This document shows positions 1 through 12,853 of a DNA stretch of 64,000 nt, piece after piece. The notes beneath the pieces are model-generated. The model made no database searches, was not told the DNA's origin, and worked only from the letters and a program-made list of their open reading frames with translations. The stretch is from Azolla caroliniana (lineage: Eukaryota; Plantae; Polypodiophyta). Both the position numbers and the translations under genes were made by a program. The stretch covers positions 1,364,001 through 1,428,000 of the forward strand of contig JBHGNT010000011.1 of assembly GCA_043228905.1 (NCBI GenBank), in the 5' to 3' direction. How positions within the stretch are numbered: position 1 is the first letter of the stretch; each line of letters starts with the position of its first letter.

Positions 1-111
1 TCATGATATACGTTATTGTTATGCTCGTAACATCAGAGTGAAAATCAAAATCTCATCTTTTTTGTAACTCCTTCCTTCTTGTAACTAATCTATAACAAAA
101 ACTCTCTACGT

Positions 112-1256
112 TGTCGTGGATATCTGCGGCTTGTGGGTCGGCTCGGTTGGGATCATCGGGGTCTCGGACCAATGAGCCTAAGGATGGCCGGTGGCTATGA
201 TCACGGTGTACTATCTGGCTCGATTGCCGGGCCTTTACCGAGCACACGGGCTCGTGGGATATGTATACGATCCGGCCTTGTCACTGGATTCCGAAGAATG
301 AGCACACAGGCTCGCAGACTCAGGAAGATACGCGAGAGTAGAGGAGGGGAGAAGCGACGCTTTCCCCAGACATAGAAAATAGAGATAGGTATTAGGAACG
401 TTGATCCGGCATAGACCAAAACAGGAAAACACAGAGAAAATACCCGGATATGGCAATACCAAATTTTCAACTAATAATCAAGACAAAGAAGAATACAAGC
501 GGCCTCAGGCCGAAAGTAGAACTACAAGCTCAACAGACACATGCACACAGGTGAGCCTCTGGTCGGGAGCACTCGGGCTTCCTACACGAGCAGAGGCTTC
601 ACCCTACCTATCCGGATGCACCAAGCAGGAAACAAGCACTTGAGAGCACAAACCGACAACACCTTCCCCTCCAAAACAATCGATCCCTCTCTCGGTTTCC
701 CTCCCCTCCTTTTTATATCACAAGGAGAGGCCGTTACCTAAGTAGTTATGACAACTGTTTCTATCTGTGATTTCCCCAAGATTTTCTACCATCATATCCT
801 ATTATTCCCCTCATTTCGTGGGATTACAAAAGTACCTAATAACTATGTTGTCTTGTACTTATTTAATAAACTCTTTATTTACATGTTTTTGTATAAAGGC
901 CTCTTTTTATGTGCATTCGTGCACACCCTTGTTCACACGCACTCAATGGACCTTTCGTCTAGTGGCTGATTTCCTCCACGACATCCACCCTCACCAAAGC
1001 GCACATCCTCCGACATGTGCCAAATAGTGAAGGAGTGGTTCGATCCTCACTCGTCCTCCTCCGATTCGTCGCCAATCCGGCCCTCGTATGGTTCCTCATC
1101 CTCTGCCTTTAGGTCCGGTTCCGCCTCCTATTGCTTCTTGAAGGCCTTGATCCACTTTCCCATAATTGGTACCGCTATCCTTGTCCCTTCGAGCTCCACA
1201 AGGTGATACATGAAATTGTCGTTGGTGCTAGTCAACGCATATGGCCCGAACCATTG
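112..1256 (-). mobile_element. 3' remnant of a Ty3/Gypsy element (integrase C-terminus, PPT and 3' LTR 112-983); same group as the element at 26155-33102
   Basis: The LTR has 9-bp inverted ends TGTCGTGGA...TCCACGACA. Minus-strand 1050-1253 reads WFGPYALTSTNDNFMYHLVELEGTRIAVPIMGKWIKAFKK, homologous to WFGPYVVQNVNANGTYHLAELDGTRMAIPVAGKRIKAFKK at ~32205-32325. A purine-rich GGTGAGGGTGGA precedes the LTR. Confidence 0.8.
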
Positions 1257-3021
1257 TGTTGAGAGACAAGCTCAACATCAGCCAGATCGGCTGAAGAAGC
1301 CGACAACTAGGCAACCTAGGATAAGGCTGGTAGGCTGTTACAACCTACATTCCTAATCTTAGTATTAGGAATATTTTGGTAGTTATTCCGTTGGAGGCCT
1401 ACATTCTTGTGCTAGTAAATAGGAATATTATGGGCCAAGTTAGTGTTTGGCTCATATATGAGCATTCAAGTACTGATGATACTTGGGTCAGCCCATTGTC
1501 AAGGCTTGTATAAAAGTGCTCATTGAGCACAATCATATGTACAGAGTGCTATTATTGAGTTTTTTTTCTGCTGCTTTATTCTATCTCATATTGTGTATTC
1601 TCCATTCTCTGTGTTTACCTAACTGTTGCTACAGTCCGGCTAAGTCGATCGCGTCTGTGTACAAGCTTCCACATCTTACTCTTTTCATGGTATCAGAGCG
1701 CAAGGGTTGAACATCCTCTGATGCTGACAAATGCTTTCAACACAAAGATGAAGAGTCCTCTTCTTCAAACAACAGGAACATGGACAGAGATATGGGCAGT
1801 TCGCTTCCGACAGAAAAGCTTGATAGGAGCAACTACGCATCTTGGGCATACAAGATGCACCAGTACCTACTCGAGCACTGGTATTGGAGCTATGTCGAAG
1901 GAGCTAATGATGCAACACCAGATTCGACACACAAAGATTTTCAGGCTTGGGAACAGGCGGCAAGCTGAGTTCTTTACTGCTTTGCATCGATGTGAGTCAC
2001 CAGCTATTGAGCTATATCTGGGACGCCAAAATGCCAAAGGATGCTTGGGGAAATCCGAAGAAGATTTTTGCTGCAGGTACCATAACCAAAATGCTACAAC
2101 TCAAATAGGAGTTGAGCAATGTACGAGAAAGAGATATGTCAGTGGTTGGCTGCACTGCCAAGATAAAGGAGATATGTGACTCTCTCGCCTCAATCAACAC
2201 GACCATTGAGGAGGACGAGATGGTGCAGATCTGCTTTAGAGGTTTGGCATAGAAGTTCAGATCATTCTGACGGCAGTTTGCACGAGGGAGAATACCTCGC
2301 CCTTCTTCGAGTTGCAATCGATGCTCCTCGTTGAAGAAAACCATGCAGATGTGTCAATGAGGATGCACACTGACTGCAAGATGATGTACACAAAGGCAGA
2401 GAGGTCTCGTGGTCGTGGTGGACACGGTGGATTGGAACGCAATGTTAATGGCTGACAAGAGCAGAATCATAGCCACAGGGGAGGTGCCAACAGTAGTGGA
2501 CCCTCCATAAGTAGGGGGAGTCAGGGTGGTGTGGAAGCTAGCAAAATAAAGTCACCGATTGTTGGTATTGTGGCCGAAAAGGCCACAAGGAGAGCGAGTA
2601 CAGGAAGAAACAAGCCGATTCGGACAAAGTTGGATCAAGTAGATGTGACTCTAAGAGGCGGTATAGATCGCAATACATTGAAGGCTCAAGAGGAGCCGGA
2701 ACAGGCCTTGCCTTCGCCATGGAGCATAAGGCCAACTCGATGAAGATGAGGACCTCGAAGCCGAATGAGGTTTGGTATGTAGATTCCGGGGCTTTCGACC
2801 ACATGACGAACCATGAAGAATGGTTCTCCTATCTAGAGAAGCTGGAAGAGCCAAGCGTCGCCGAAACTGGAGAAGACACCCCTCACCCCATCGAGCATAT
2901 TGGAGATGTTCCGCTGAGCCATGTCGGTGAGAAAGGGATTATGAGAAATGTTTTGCATGTGCTGAAAATCACGAAGAACTTGGTGTCGATCGGACAAATT
3001 GTCAACTAGGGCATGCACGTC
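1257..3021 (+). mobile_element. 5' fragment of a Ty1/Copia retrotransposon (LTR ~1257-1687, PBS, gag-protease), truncated at ~3021
   Basis: TG...CA LTR is followed by the iMet PBS TGGTATCAGAGC (1688-1699). Gag reads EKLDRSNYASWAYKMHQYL, with a zinc-knuckle remnant CWYCGRKGH and protease WYVDSGAFDHMT. Confidence 0.85.
1780..3009 (+). pseudogene. gag: Copia gag-protease, disrupted by stops and frameshifts
   Basis: ORF fragments 1780-1968 and 2719-3009 plus intervening broken frames; D-S-G protease motif present. Confidence 0.8.
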
Positions 3022-3251
3022 TAGCTTAGATAGGACTGCGCCAATGGCGAAGTCAGAGGCGTCGGTTTCAACCTAGAAGGGTCTCTTGGGTTCATGGTGA
3101 ACCAACACTGGGGATGAGAGAAAAGCTGCTTTGAGGGTCTCAAAAGCATTATGTGTAGCGGGGGTCCAGAGAAATGGAGTATCTTTTCAAGTAAGTTGGA
3201 TGAGAGGTTGCATGAGGGAAGAAAACCCGTCTATAAATCTTCTATAGAAAT

Positions 3252-3979
3252 TGTTGAAAAATCGTTGCGGAATATAAATCACAATAAACGAACTACGCTG
3301 AAAATATGAATCACAGAAATATGCCAAGAAAAGACAAGAAAAAAAAAACAAATGTACACAGAGATTTACGTGGAAACCCTAAAACGGGGAAAACCATGGG
3401 AACAGATTCTTCACTATACAAATAGTGGATATACAATAGCGAGAAGATTACAACACTCTCTCTCAAGTGCATCAACCACAGAGGGCTCTTCGCGTCTGCT
3501 GTTACACACATAGCTATGGCGCGACTCTTCCTTCTTCTCTCTCACTCTCACACTCTCTATTTCTACTGTTCTAACTCTGTTCTTCTTACACTAAAGTTTG
3601 CCCTAGTTGCGTATATACTTACGCAACTTTCTAGCTATTTATGTATGTAGCCCTCATGGGGCGCACACATAGACTCTTTACAAATATAGTCTCCCGAGTT
3701 GGCTATTTACATGATTCCGGTTTCCGCCTCCACCTATCGGCCTCAGCCGAGTCCCTCATCAACTCGGCTCCTCTCTCTCCCCGTCCGGAGAGACCTGTTT
3801 CCACACATTATCATTATTATTATTACTATAATAATAATAGTCGAATCTTCAAACAATCGACTCACTGTTTTCGACTCTTCGACTGTCGGCTTTCCGAACA
3901 GTCGGATGTTCCCTGTCATCAACTGTCGGCTTTCCGATCAGTCGGTTCTTCCTCCCACTAGAGGAACATATTCCCAACA
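3252..3979 (-). repeat. 3' LTR of Copia 3252-8821
   Basis: Direct repeat of 8095-8821 with scattered substitutions. Confidence 0.95.
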
Positions 3980-4029
3980 AACTCCCCCTTCACTCCAGTG
4001 GGAGGAAATCTGTCAGTCCTGTGTTTTGT

Positions 4030-7000
4030 CGACAGATTCTGAGTCTGTCCATAGGTAGGTTCTTCGTCAACACGTAAGATCCATTGTCGTTGGTATGGAT
4101 CTTTACAAGGGAAAACTCTCCTTCTTCGACTCTCTACCGCAACCAGTGATACCTTCTTTGTATGTGCTTGGTCTGGGAGTGGTATGCCGCATTTTTGGCT
4201 AGGTGTATGGCGCTTTGGCTGTCACAGTGAAGCAAGAACTCCTTTTGCTTCATGCCTAGTTCGGTGAGAAAATTTCTCATCTAGATAAGCTCTTTTCTGG
4301 CTTCTACCGCTGCCATATACTCTACCTCTGTAGTCGACAAGGCTACAAAATTTTGCAATCATGACTGCCACGACATTGCTCCCCCTGCATAGGTCATCAC
4401 GTACCTTGACATGGATCGGCTCGAGTCGACATCTCCTAACATGTCTGAATCGGTAAAACCTTCCAGCACAAGTTTTCCAACACCATACCTTAGGCACACC
4501 CCCGAGGTGCCCTTTAAGTACCTGAGTATCCATTTCACCGTTGCCCAGTGTTCTCTCCCTGGATTACTCATATATCGGCTTACTGCTCCCATAGCAAATG
4601 CTATGTCCAGTCTCGTACAGACCATAGCATACATTAGATTGCCGACGGCTGAGGCATATGGTACCTTCTTCATCTCAGCCTTTTTCTTCTGCCCTTTGGG
4701 ACATTGCTTCGCATTTAGTCTGCAATTTGTCGGTAGCACTGAGCCGACCGGATTTGCATTCGACATGTTGAACCTCTCTAGGATCTTCGTCACATACTTC
4801 TGTTGTGACAACCATAGCACCTTCCGAGCTCTGTCTTGGGTTATGTGCATTCCTAGGATTTGCTTTGCTGGTCCAAGGTCTTTCATGGCAAATGATTTTC
4901 CTAGAGCTTTCTTCAAGCTTCCAATATTCCTTGCATCTTGGCTGACTATCAACATATCATCAACATATAGCAAGAGAATCAAGAAATCTCCTTCTTTGTA
5001 CCTTTTGATGAACACACAATGATCGACCTGTGTTTTCTGGAACCGATGTTCCATCATGAAGGACTCAAATTTCTTGTACCATTGGCATGGAGCTTGTTTC
5101 AATCTGTACAAGCTTTTCCTTAGTCGACACACCAAGTTCTCTTTCCCTTTCTCCTCAAAGCCTTCGGGTTGCTGCATGTAGATTTCTTCTTCTAGCTTCC
5201 CGTGTAGAAATGCGGTTTTGACATCCAATTGTTCGATCTCGAGATCCATGCTAGCCGCTATGCTCAGAACAATTCGAATCGATGTCATCTTCACGATTGG
5301 TGCGAATATTTCGTCAAAGTCGACGCCCTTCCTCTGTTGGAAACCCTTCACCACTATGTGGGCTTTATACCTAGGTTCGCTGTCGACTTCTCCAGTCTTC
5401 ACCTTGTAGACCCATTTATTCCTGAGTGCTCTCTTACCTTTCGGCAGCTCTACTAGGTCGTAGGTGTAATTCGCATGCAAGGATTCCATCTCCTCTTGCA
5501 TCGCGTTCAACCATTTTTCTCTGCTCTCGTCGGCAGTGGCTTCCTCATAGCACTCCAGTTCACCATCATAGTCAAGAGGACGTATTGACTGGCATATGTA
5601 GTCGGTGCCTTTCTTTCTCTGAGTGGGTACCTTCGTACACTCGTTGTTGGCTCTATTCCGGATGTATCTCCCAACTCTTCTCTTTGCTCGGGATTCTACT
5701 CATCAATCGGCATCTCCAGGTTGGACAACTCCAACTCATATTCCTCAATTGATTTTAGCAGGTCGGCCGACTCTGACTCATAGTCTGTCGGTCTTTCTGA
5801 GTGGACCGACTCAGATTCGGCTTTGTCGGCCAGCTGTCTCCTTACAACTATCGGTGACGACTGACTTGGCCTTAAGTCGATGGTAGTCGAGGTTGACTAG
5901 GGAGTCGGTTCCGACTTCTGTTGCTTCGAGTCTTTAATTGTCTTGTCTTCTAGAAAGACTACATCTCGACTTCTCACTACCTTCTTGTCAACTAAGTCCC
6001 ACAACCTGTAGCCGAACTCATCTTCTGAGTATCCCATGAATATGCATGCTTTCGACTTGCTGTTGAGCTTTGACCTCTGATCCTTTGGTACATGCATATA
6101 CACTAAACATCCAAACACCCTAAGGTGTTGGTAGGAGAGATCCTTCCTTGTCCACACCCTTTGTGGGACATCACCCTTTAATGGTACTGAGGGAGACCTA
6201 TTGATTAGATAGACAGTTGTGTACATCGCCTCATCCCAATAGGATTTTGGTAGTTTTGCATGGGAGAGCATGCTCCTTACTCTCTCCATGATTGTTCAAT
6301 TCATCCTCTCTGCAAGCTCATTCAACTCTGGGGTCTTTGGCACTGTGTATTCGATCTGAATACCTTGGCACTTGCCGTATTCCTCAAACTGCCCTCTATA
6401 CTCGCCACCATTGTCGGTTCGGACAACCTTCAGTTTTCGACCTGACTCTCTTTCAGCTCTTGCCTGGAACTCCTTGAAAATCAACAGTACTTGATCCTTC
6501 ATCTTTAGTATGAAGGCCCATGTCTTCCGACTATGGTCGTCAATGAATGTTACAAAGTACTATCCTCCTCGATGCGATGGAGCATCCACATAGCACACGT
6601 CCGTGTGCACTAGTTCTAGTGCAGCTTCTCTTCTCCTCAGTGGTCTCGAGTGGAATGTCATCCTGTTCTGCTTTCTAGCTAAGCAGTCGACACACTTCTC
6701 CATGTGTACTCCCTTGACTTCTGGTAGAAGTTTCTGGTCGGCTAATAGGTGCATTCCCTTCTCACTCATGTGGCCTAGCGTCTTATGCCATATCTCCCCT
6801 GCCGAGTTGGCTGCCACATTTACTTCCGATTTGCACAGTCGGGCATGCATCATGTACAATGTGCCTTCTTTTTGTTCTCGGGCCACTATAAGATTTCCTC
6901 GGCAAAACTTCCACTTGCCATTCTGAAGGCTACCACTGTAGCCTTCGTCGTCAAGCCTTTCAGTCGATACTAGATTCAATCTGATATCGGGGATGTGTCG

Positions 7001-8066
7001 AACATCCTTCAACGTTAGTCGACACCCTGTCGATGTCGTTAAGCACACACTTCCGACTCCGGTTATCTTGCACTCTCCACTATCACCCATCTTTACATAG
7101 CTATGATCCCCGGCTATGTAAGTCGAGAAGTACTCTCTCGACGGAGCAATGTGAAAGGATGTGCCGGAGTCGATCACCCAAGTGCACTCTTCGCTTGCAA
7201 GATTTGCACTTGTCTGTTCACTGATGAACAAAAGTTCTTCATTGTTCATAGCAATGGCCGAAGTGTTCTTTTCATCCAGAATCTTTCGGGGTTCGACATT
7301 ATTTCCGAGACTCTTTTCTTTCTTCATGTGTCGGCAGTCCCTCTGGAAGTGTCCAGGTTTTCCACAATAGAAGCACACAGGCTTACCTGGAAGTGTCCAG
7401 GTTGTCCGTTCGCTGCGGATTTCTTCTTCGCCGGTCCCTTCCTCTATCCATGTGTTGCGTCAGATTCGACTTCATTTGGGACAGGATTCCTTTGTCTTTC
7501 CTCCTTGCCTCCTCATTTACGATGCTTGTCTTCACCGTCTGTAAAGACAAGTTCTCTTCTTGACAGGAGGTGCTGAGAGTAACTACCAGGTTCTCCCAGC
7601 TTTCCGACAGTGTGCACATCAGTAGGATGGCATGCATTGCGTCATCCAGGGGAAACTTGGTCGCCGCAAGTTGATTCACATACCCCATAAATGTGCTGAT
7701 GTGTTCGACGATGCTCTCATCGTCTCTGTATTTCAGTTGTACAATTTTTCTCATCAGCGAGGTTCTGTTTAGTGCGTTCTTCCTCTCGTACAGACCCGAC
7801 AACTTCTGCCACATCTCATGGGCATTCGTGTCGTTCGCCACATGCTGAAGGACACTTACATCGGCACATTGTCAGATTGTGACCACCGCCTTCCTATTCA
7901 GAAGCTTCCAGTCCGACTCCAATACCCCCCTGGGTATTTCTGCTCTATTGACTGGCTCGTACAAGTCTTTTACTATGAGGAGGTCTTCCATCTTTATCTT
8001 CCAGTCTTCATAGTTCTGAGAGTTTAGAACTATCATACCTGGGAATCCACTAACACCTCCTTCCAT
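4030..8066 (-). pseudogene. gag-pol: Copia gag-pol (gag, zinc knuckle, PR, IN, RT, RNase H) with several stops and frameshifts
   Basis: Motifs in Copia order: CFYCGKPGHFQRDC, WVIDSGTS, RTDNGGEY, QLDVKTAFLHG, LLLYVDDML, FTDSD. Confidence 0.92.
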
Positions 8067-8094
8067 GCTTGCACCTTGAGCTCTGATACCAATT

Positions 8095-8821
8095 TGTTGA
8101 GAAATCGTTGCGGAATATAGATCACCATAAACGAACTATGCTGAAAATACGAATCACAGAAATATGCCAAGAAAAGACAAGAAAAAAAAACAGATGTACA
8201 CAGAGATTTACGTGGAAACCCTAAAACGGGGAAAACCACGGGAATAGATTCTTCACTATACAAATAGTGGATATACAATAGCGAGAAGATTACAATACTC
8301 TCTCTCGAGTGCATAAGCCGCAAAGGGCTCTTCGCATCTGCTGTTACACACATAACTATGGCGCAACTCTTCCTTCTTCTCTCCTACTCTCACACTTTCT
8401 ATTTCTACTGTTCTAACTCTGTTCTTCTTACACTAAAGTTTGCCCTAGTTGCGTATATACTTATGCAACTTTCTAGCTATTTACGTACGTAGCCCTCATG
8501 GGGTGCACACATAGACTCTTTATAAATATAGTCTCCCGAGTTGGCTATTTACACGAGTCCGGTTTTCGCCTCGGCCTATCGGCCTCGACCGAATCCCTCA
8601 TCAACTCGGCTCCTCTCTCTCCCCGTCCAGAGAGACTTGTTTCCACACATCATTATCATTATTATTACTATAATAATGATAGTCGAATTTTCAAACAGTC
8701 GACTCATTGTTTTCGACTCTTCGATTGTCAGCTTTCCGAACAGTTGGATGTTCCCTGTCACCAACTGTCGGCTTTCCGATCAATCGGTTCTTCCTCCCAC
8801 TGGAGGCACATATTCCCAACA
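8095..8821 (-). repeat. 5' LTR of Copia 3252-8821
   Basis: Direct repeat of 3252-3979, adjacent to the PBS. Confidence 0.95.
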
Positions 8822-9714
8822 GAAATTTGCTAAACCAAGGAATGATTGTACCTCTTTCAATCGAGTCAGAAGAGGCCAATCGGTGATTTCTACTACCTTA
8901 TGCTTATCCATTGTGATCCCACTAGGTGAGATCATGTTGAACGGCAAGCGCAACCGGATCTGGATCGGCTGAATAAGGCTGAGCTCCGCACATAATCTTT
9001 TATAGATCATGTAACCTAAGAATTCGACGAAGGTTCGATCGAATTCGCATTTCTCACTTTTGGCGTAAATCCCAGATTCCCGAAGTTTGGTTAGAACCAG
9101 GGGCACGTGTTGTGTGTGCTCCTCTAAGTTGGAAGAAAAAACTAGGATGTTGTCAAGGTAGATTACCACGAAGTGATTGAGGTACTCTCAAAATATATCA
9201 TTTATCATATGTTGAAAGACTATTTGGGTGTTGGTAAGACCGAAAGGCATCACCTTTTACTCGAAATGCCTATAGCACATCCGAAAGACCGTTTTCCACT
9301 TGTCCCCAAGCTTGATGCCCACTAGATTGTAGGCTCCCTCAGGTCGATTTTGGAGAAGATACGCCTTGTCTGGAGTCGATCTAGGAGTGCTGGAATTAAG
9401 GGCAAGGGATAACAATTATGCACCGTAACTTTGTTGAGACCCCGATAATCCACACATAACCGTAATGAGTCGTCCTTCTTCTTGACAAATAAAATTAAGG
9501 TTCCAGCTGGTGATTTGGAGGGTTGAATGAAGCCCTTCGCAAGGTTGCCAGCTAGATATGTGCGGAGAGCCTCACGTTCGGGTTCCGATAACCCATAGAT
9601 TGGGCCGAATGGTGGATGCTTGACAACTTGGAGTTCGATAGGGCAATCATAGGGGCAATGTGTCGATAACCGATGTGCATTTTGCTTCTCTAATATATCC
9701 GAAAAGTTGCGATA

Positions 9715-9750
9715 AACACGTTCGCGTTCACAAGTGGAAGGATCGCGCAT
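9715..9750 (+). repeat. Left terminal inverted repeat
   Basis: AACACGTTCGCGTTCACAAGTGGAAGGATCGCGCAT. Confidence 0.95.
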
Positions 9751-10072
9751 AAATGGAAGGAGAAGGGAAATTTTAGGGGTTTTTCAATGATTTTACAAAA
9801 CACATTGATACCAGTATCATACAAGTTCAAACATACTATGAAAAAGGTTAAAAATCCACTATTTTTGTGATTTAGAAGTAACTAAAAAAAGACGAATTTC
9901 AAAAACATACATTCTCAATTTATATCACAAACTTTACAACCAATGTTATTTTATAAGAAACGATTTTTGGGAAATCATAAGAATTCAAAACACATGATTT
10001 TATATTACTCGATTTGTTACAAGCGGAATGTAGTTACACTTAATAGCCAAATATACATTCATGATCACTCCT

Positions 10073-12853
10073 TTACGGAGAATCACTACTATAACTAATA
10101 TACAATGACGATTCCTCCTCATCATCCTCGGATGTACCAATCAGTGCATTATCTTCGTCATAAACCAAATGGTTTGACTCTAGATTATATGTAGCAGATC
10201 TCGTTTGCCTTTGACTCGAGCCACCTTGTAGACCTGGTAATTTTTCTTTTATTATATCTATTGTTGACTTCCTTAATTGTCCGGCTTTTGTAAGTGTGAA
10301 GTCGTACACGATGATATCCACATCAGAGATATCAAGGGTCGAGGTGTTACGAATGTTTCGCTTCCTCTTCCTACCTCCCCTTCTTGTTTGGCATTCAATC
10401 ATCTCCAATGTATACTTACCTGTAAAAGCATTTGCACTTCTAGTGTTGTACCAATGAACATTTATAGACTTGATCGTGTTATCTATTTCATGCATTAGCA
10501 CTTCTAGAATTTTACCAACCCAAAATTGGTGGCCATGTGAGTTCTCATCAGCCGGCGTTGCAATCAACATCCCCGCGGTGAGCTCTTGCAAATTTCCTTG
10601 CCATCTAGCTTCGGCTGCTTTGGTCATCCTTGGTCCCACATAAATGTCTCTTTGTTGTGGATGGACCAAGCTGTCATTAATCGCATTTACTAGTCGCTCC
10701 GGACTTCTATTTACGCGATCATGTTGCAGCGACCATGTGAATGGCGTTTCCAAATTCCAATTATCAACAGATACACAATTGTCTATAATTTCTTTCTGAT
10801 CACTATAAAATACATCCCACCATGACGTGTCTTGTTGTGCGGCATATTTCTTGGCGGCCTCAATATGTTTTCTTTTTTCTTCTAAGGCTTGGAGCCATGA
10901 CCGTTTTTGTTCTAATACCAAGTCGCTCTGCAACTGTCCTTTCTTCTCAATTGGCATTTGCTTAGCTCCATGGACAATTGTACTCGGCATACAAAGTAAT
11001 AACTGGCAACCACCTTCAGGTTCCCATGTTGTAGAAGATGAATATTGTTTAGCATACAAAAGTGTAGAACCACTTATTCCATTTTTCTTTATCAAAAAAA
11101 TGTGATTGAAACTTATATTGTTTAACTGAGCAAGCACTTTAACATTCCCACCACCCCCATCTAATATATATCTCTTAAAGTCATATACCTCCTTCAAGTG
11201 TAACACTTTTGGGCGTGGTGTATATGCATCACAAATGACATCAAATAGTTTAGGTAAAGTGAAAGCATCATGCCGAGACAACTGTCTGGAGAATGTGCTA
11301 AACATCTGATCTATATGGTCATGTGTGTGGCCAACCAAAAGGAAATTGACTTTCACTTTCCTAAACAATTCTAGGTTGACCAACATACTTAGATAGCCAA
11401 ATACAGTTGAATTTTTGTTCTCTCTAGCAGTATTGTCCAATTGAATGTATAGAACAGGGGGGAAAGGTTGTCCCCAAGACATCAAAACTCGGTGAATCAC
11501 TGTAACTGTTAGGTTAGGGTCATTGTGAACATTGGGGTAAGTAATGAAGACGTGAGGTCGAACAGACCTATTATAAGCCAAGCATCCCACCAAGTGCATT
11601 TGAACAAGGCACTCATCATTGACATCTTTGGGGAGCCTCCGCATATGCGGCAAGCATGTCTTCTTCTGGTCCATGCCATCTATCATTAAGCACATGTATT
11701 GTTCAGGCCTCTTCAAACACTTCTCTCTATGATGCATCGCCTTCCTTCGTTCTAAGGATTGTGCCTCACGATGCTCTTGTAGTAACTTCTTACTCGTATC
11801 CTTTTCCATTGATGTCTTTGCACCTTTAGCCAAACTTTTAAGATTTGCACAAATGGAGCAATAACCCATACGTACTTTACGAGGAATAATAACATTTGAA
11901 AACCGAGCTCTCCATAATCTTGTGAATTGGCTATAGGTGATAGACTTATTACGTGAGCCCAGCATTTCAGATCGATAGACATCATAAACTTCCCGACGGG
12001 TATAATTATCAGAAAGATGCATCCTACCTGTAGTGGGCATTACTTCACAATTTAACTGAAAGTAAGTTTTCATCCAGCCAATAGCTAGTCTTCCAATTGC
12101 ACCTTTCATACTTGGAACCTCTTTACAATTGAGCATCTGATCCCCGCTAAGTAGACGTTGTTGTACTCTATGTAGCCGCATGTTACTAACACATAACACA
12201 ATTTTGAATGCAACTCTACATATCTGTTGCGCATGGAAGATATAATACTCGAATGATACTTTGATCCCCGTACATTTGTCAGATACTAGTTGCATATGTG
12301 ATCCGAGGTAAGTGTCTTGCTCATCACCGGTCATCGAAAAATAGTATCGCCTTAATTCTCGCAACTTTGATTTTCCAATCATAGACATACAACCACGGGC
12401 ACAACATATTTTGTTGACATCAAATCCAATCTGTTTATCTGATGTCACCAAGCTAAATCTAGCCAGACGAATTCTTCGTGGGATTCTTCTAATATGCATA
12501 GGGCTCCCAGATTTCTCTTCCTGCATAGAGGTTGGTGTAACCTTGTTACAGTCTAATTCTCTGTTCTGACCATCGCCAATGTTATTCAATGTTTCCTGGG
12601 CACTTCCTTCATTCCCGATATCTTTATTAATATCGTATTCTTCAATAGAGAACTCTTCACATGTGTCATTATTTGCATTCCCTGTAGATGAGCTCAGACA
12701 ATATTCTTCGATAGAATATGGTGAGTCGGTCGAAAGACAATATTCTTCAATCGAATATGGTGACTCTGTTGATAAACAATACTCTTCAGTAGAAAACGAT
12801 GGGTCTGATGACAAACAATATTCTTCAATCGAGAACGGTGAATCTTCACTCAT
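10073..12853 (-). CDS. DDD transposase, Sola1-like (DUF7869-type), 926 aa, intronless
   Basis: Uninterrupted ORF inside the TIRs. Cys/His motifs ICCARGC, QICRVAF and YCSIC...H. Candidate catalytic motifs IDGMDQ, YIQLDNTARENKN and FLLVGHTHDHIDQMFS. A 4-bp TSD is consistent with Sola. Confidence 0.85.
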   Translation of the reverse strand: MSEDSPFSIEEYCLSSDPSFSTEEYCLSTESPYSIEEYCLSTDSPYSIEEYCLSSSTGNANNDTCEEFSIEEYDINKDIGNEGSAQETLNNIGDGQNRELDCNKVTPTSMQEEKSGSPMHIRRIPRRIRLARFSLVTSDKQIGFDVNKICCARGCMSMIGKSKLRELRRYYFSMTGDEQDTYLGSHMQLVSDKCTGIKVSFEYYIFHAQQICRVAFKIVLCVSNMRLHRVQQRLLSGDQMLNCKEVPSMKGAIGRLAIGWMKTYFQLNCEVMPTTGRMHLSDNYTRREVYDVYRSEMLGSRNKSITYSQFTRLWRARFSNVIIPRKVRMGYCSICANLKSLAKGAKTSMEKDTSKKLLQEHREAQSLERRKAMHHREKCLKRPEQYMCLMIDGMDQKKTCLPHMRRLPKDVNDECLVQMHLVGCLAYNRSVRPHVFITYPNVHNDPNLTVTVIHRVLMSWGQPFPPVLYIQLDNTARENKNSTVFGYLSMLVNLELFRKVKVNFLLVGHTHDHIDQMFSTFSRQLSRHDAFTLPKLFDVICDAYTPRPKVLHLKEVYDFKRYILDGGGGNVKVLAQLNNISFNHIFLIKKNGISGSTLLYAKQYSSSTTWEPEGGCQLLLCMPSTIVHGAKQMPIEKKGQLQSDLVLEQKRSWLQALEEKRKHIEAAKKYAAQQDTSWWDVFYSDQKEIIDNCVSVDNWNLETPFTWSLQHDRVNRSPERLVNAINDSLVHPQQRDIYVGPRMTKAAEARWQGNLQELTAGMLIATPADENSHGHQFWVGKILEVLMHEIDNTIKSINVHWYNTRSANAFTGKYTLEMIECQTRRGGRKRKRNIRNTSTLDISDVDIIVYDFTLTKAGQLRKSTIDIIKEKLPGLQGGSSQRQTRSATYNLESNHLVYDEDNALIGTSEDDEEESSLYISYSSDSP

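Larger units (their letters stand above)
3252..8821 (-). mobile_element. Full-length Ty1/Copia (Tnt1-like) retrotransposon, decayed
   Basis: LTRs at 3252-3979 and 8095-8821 (TG...CA). 5-bp TSD GAAAT at 3247-3251 and 8822-8826. iMet PBS at 8080-8091 (minus strand) and PPT at 3980-3990. Confidence 0.95.

Noticed and set aside
3641-4058. Poly-Ile/Tyr/Asn ORFs (also at 8498-8972 and 41112-41639)
   Set aside because: They are translations of the (ATT)n/(AAT)n tract within LTRs.
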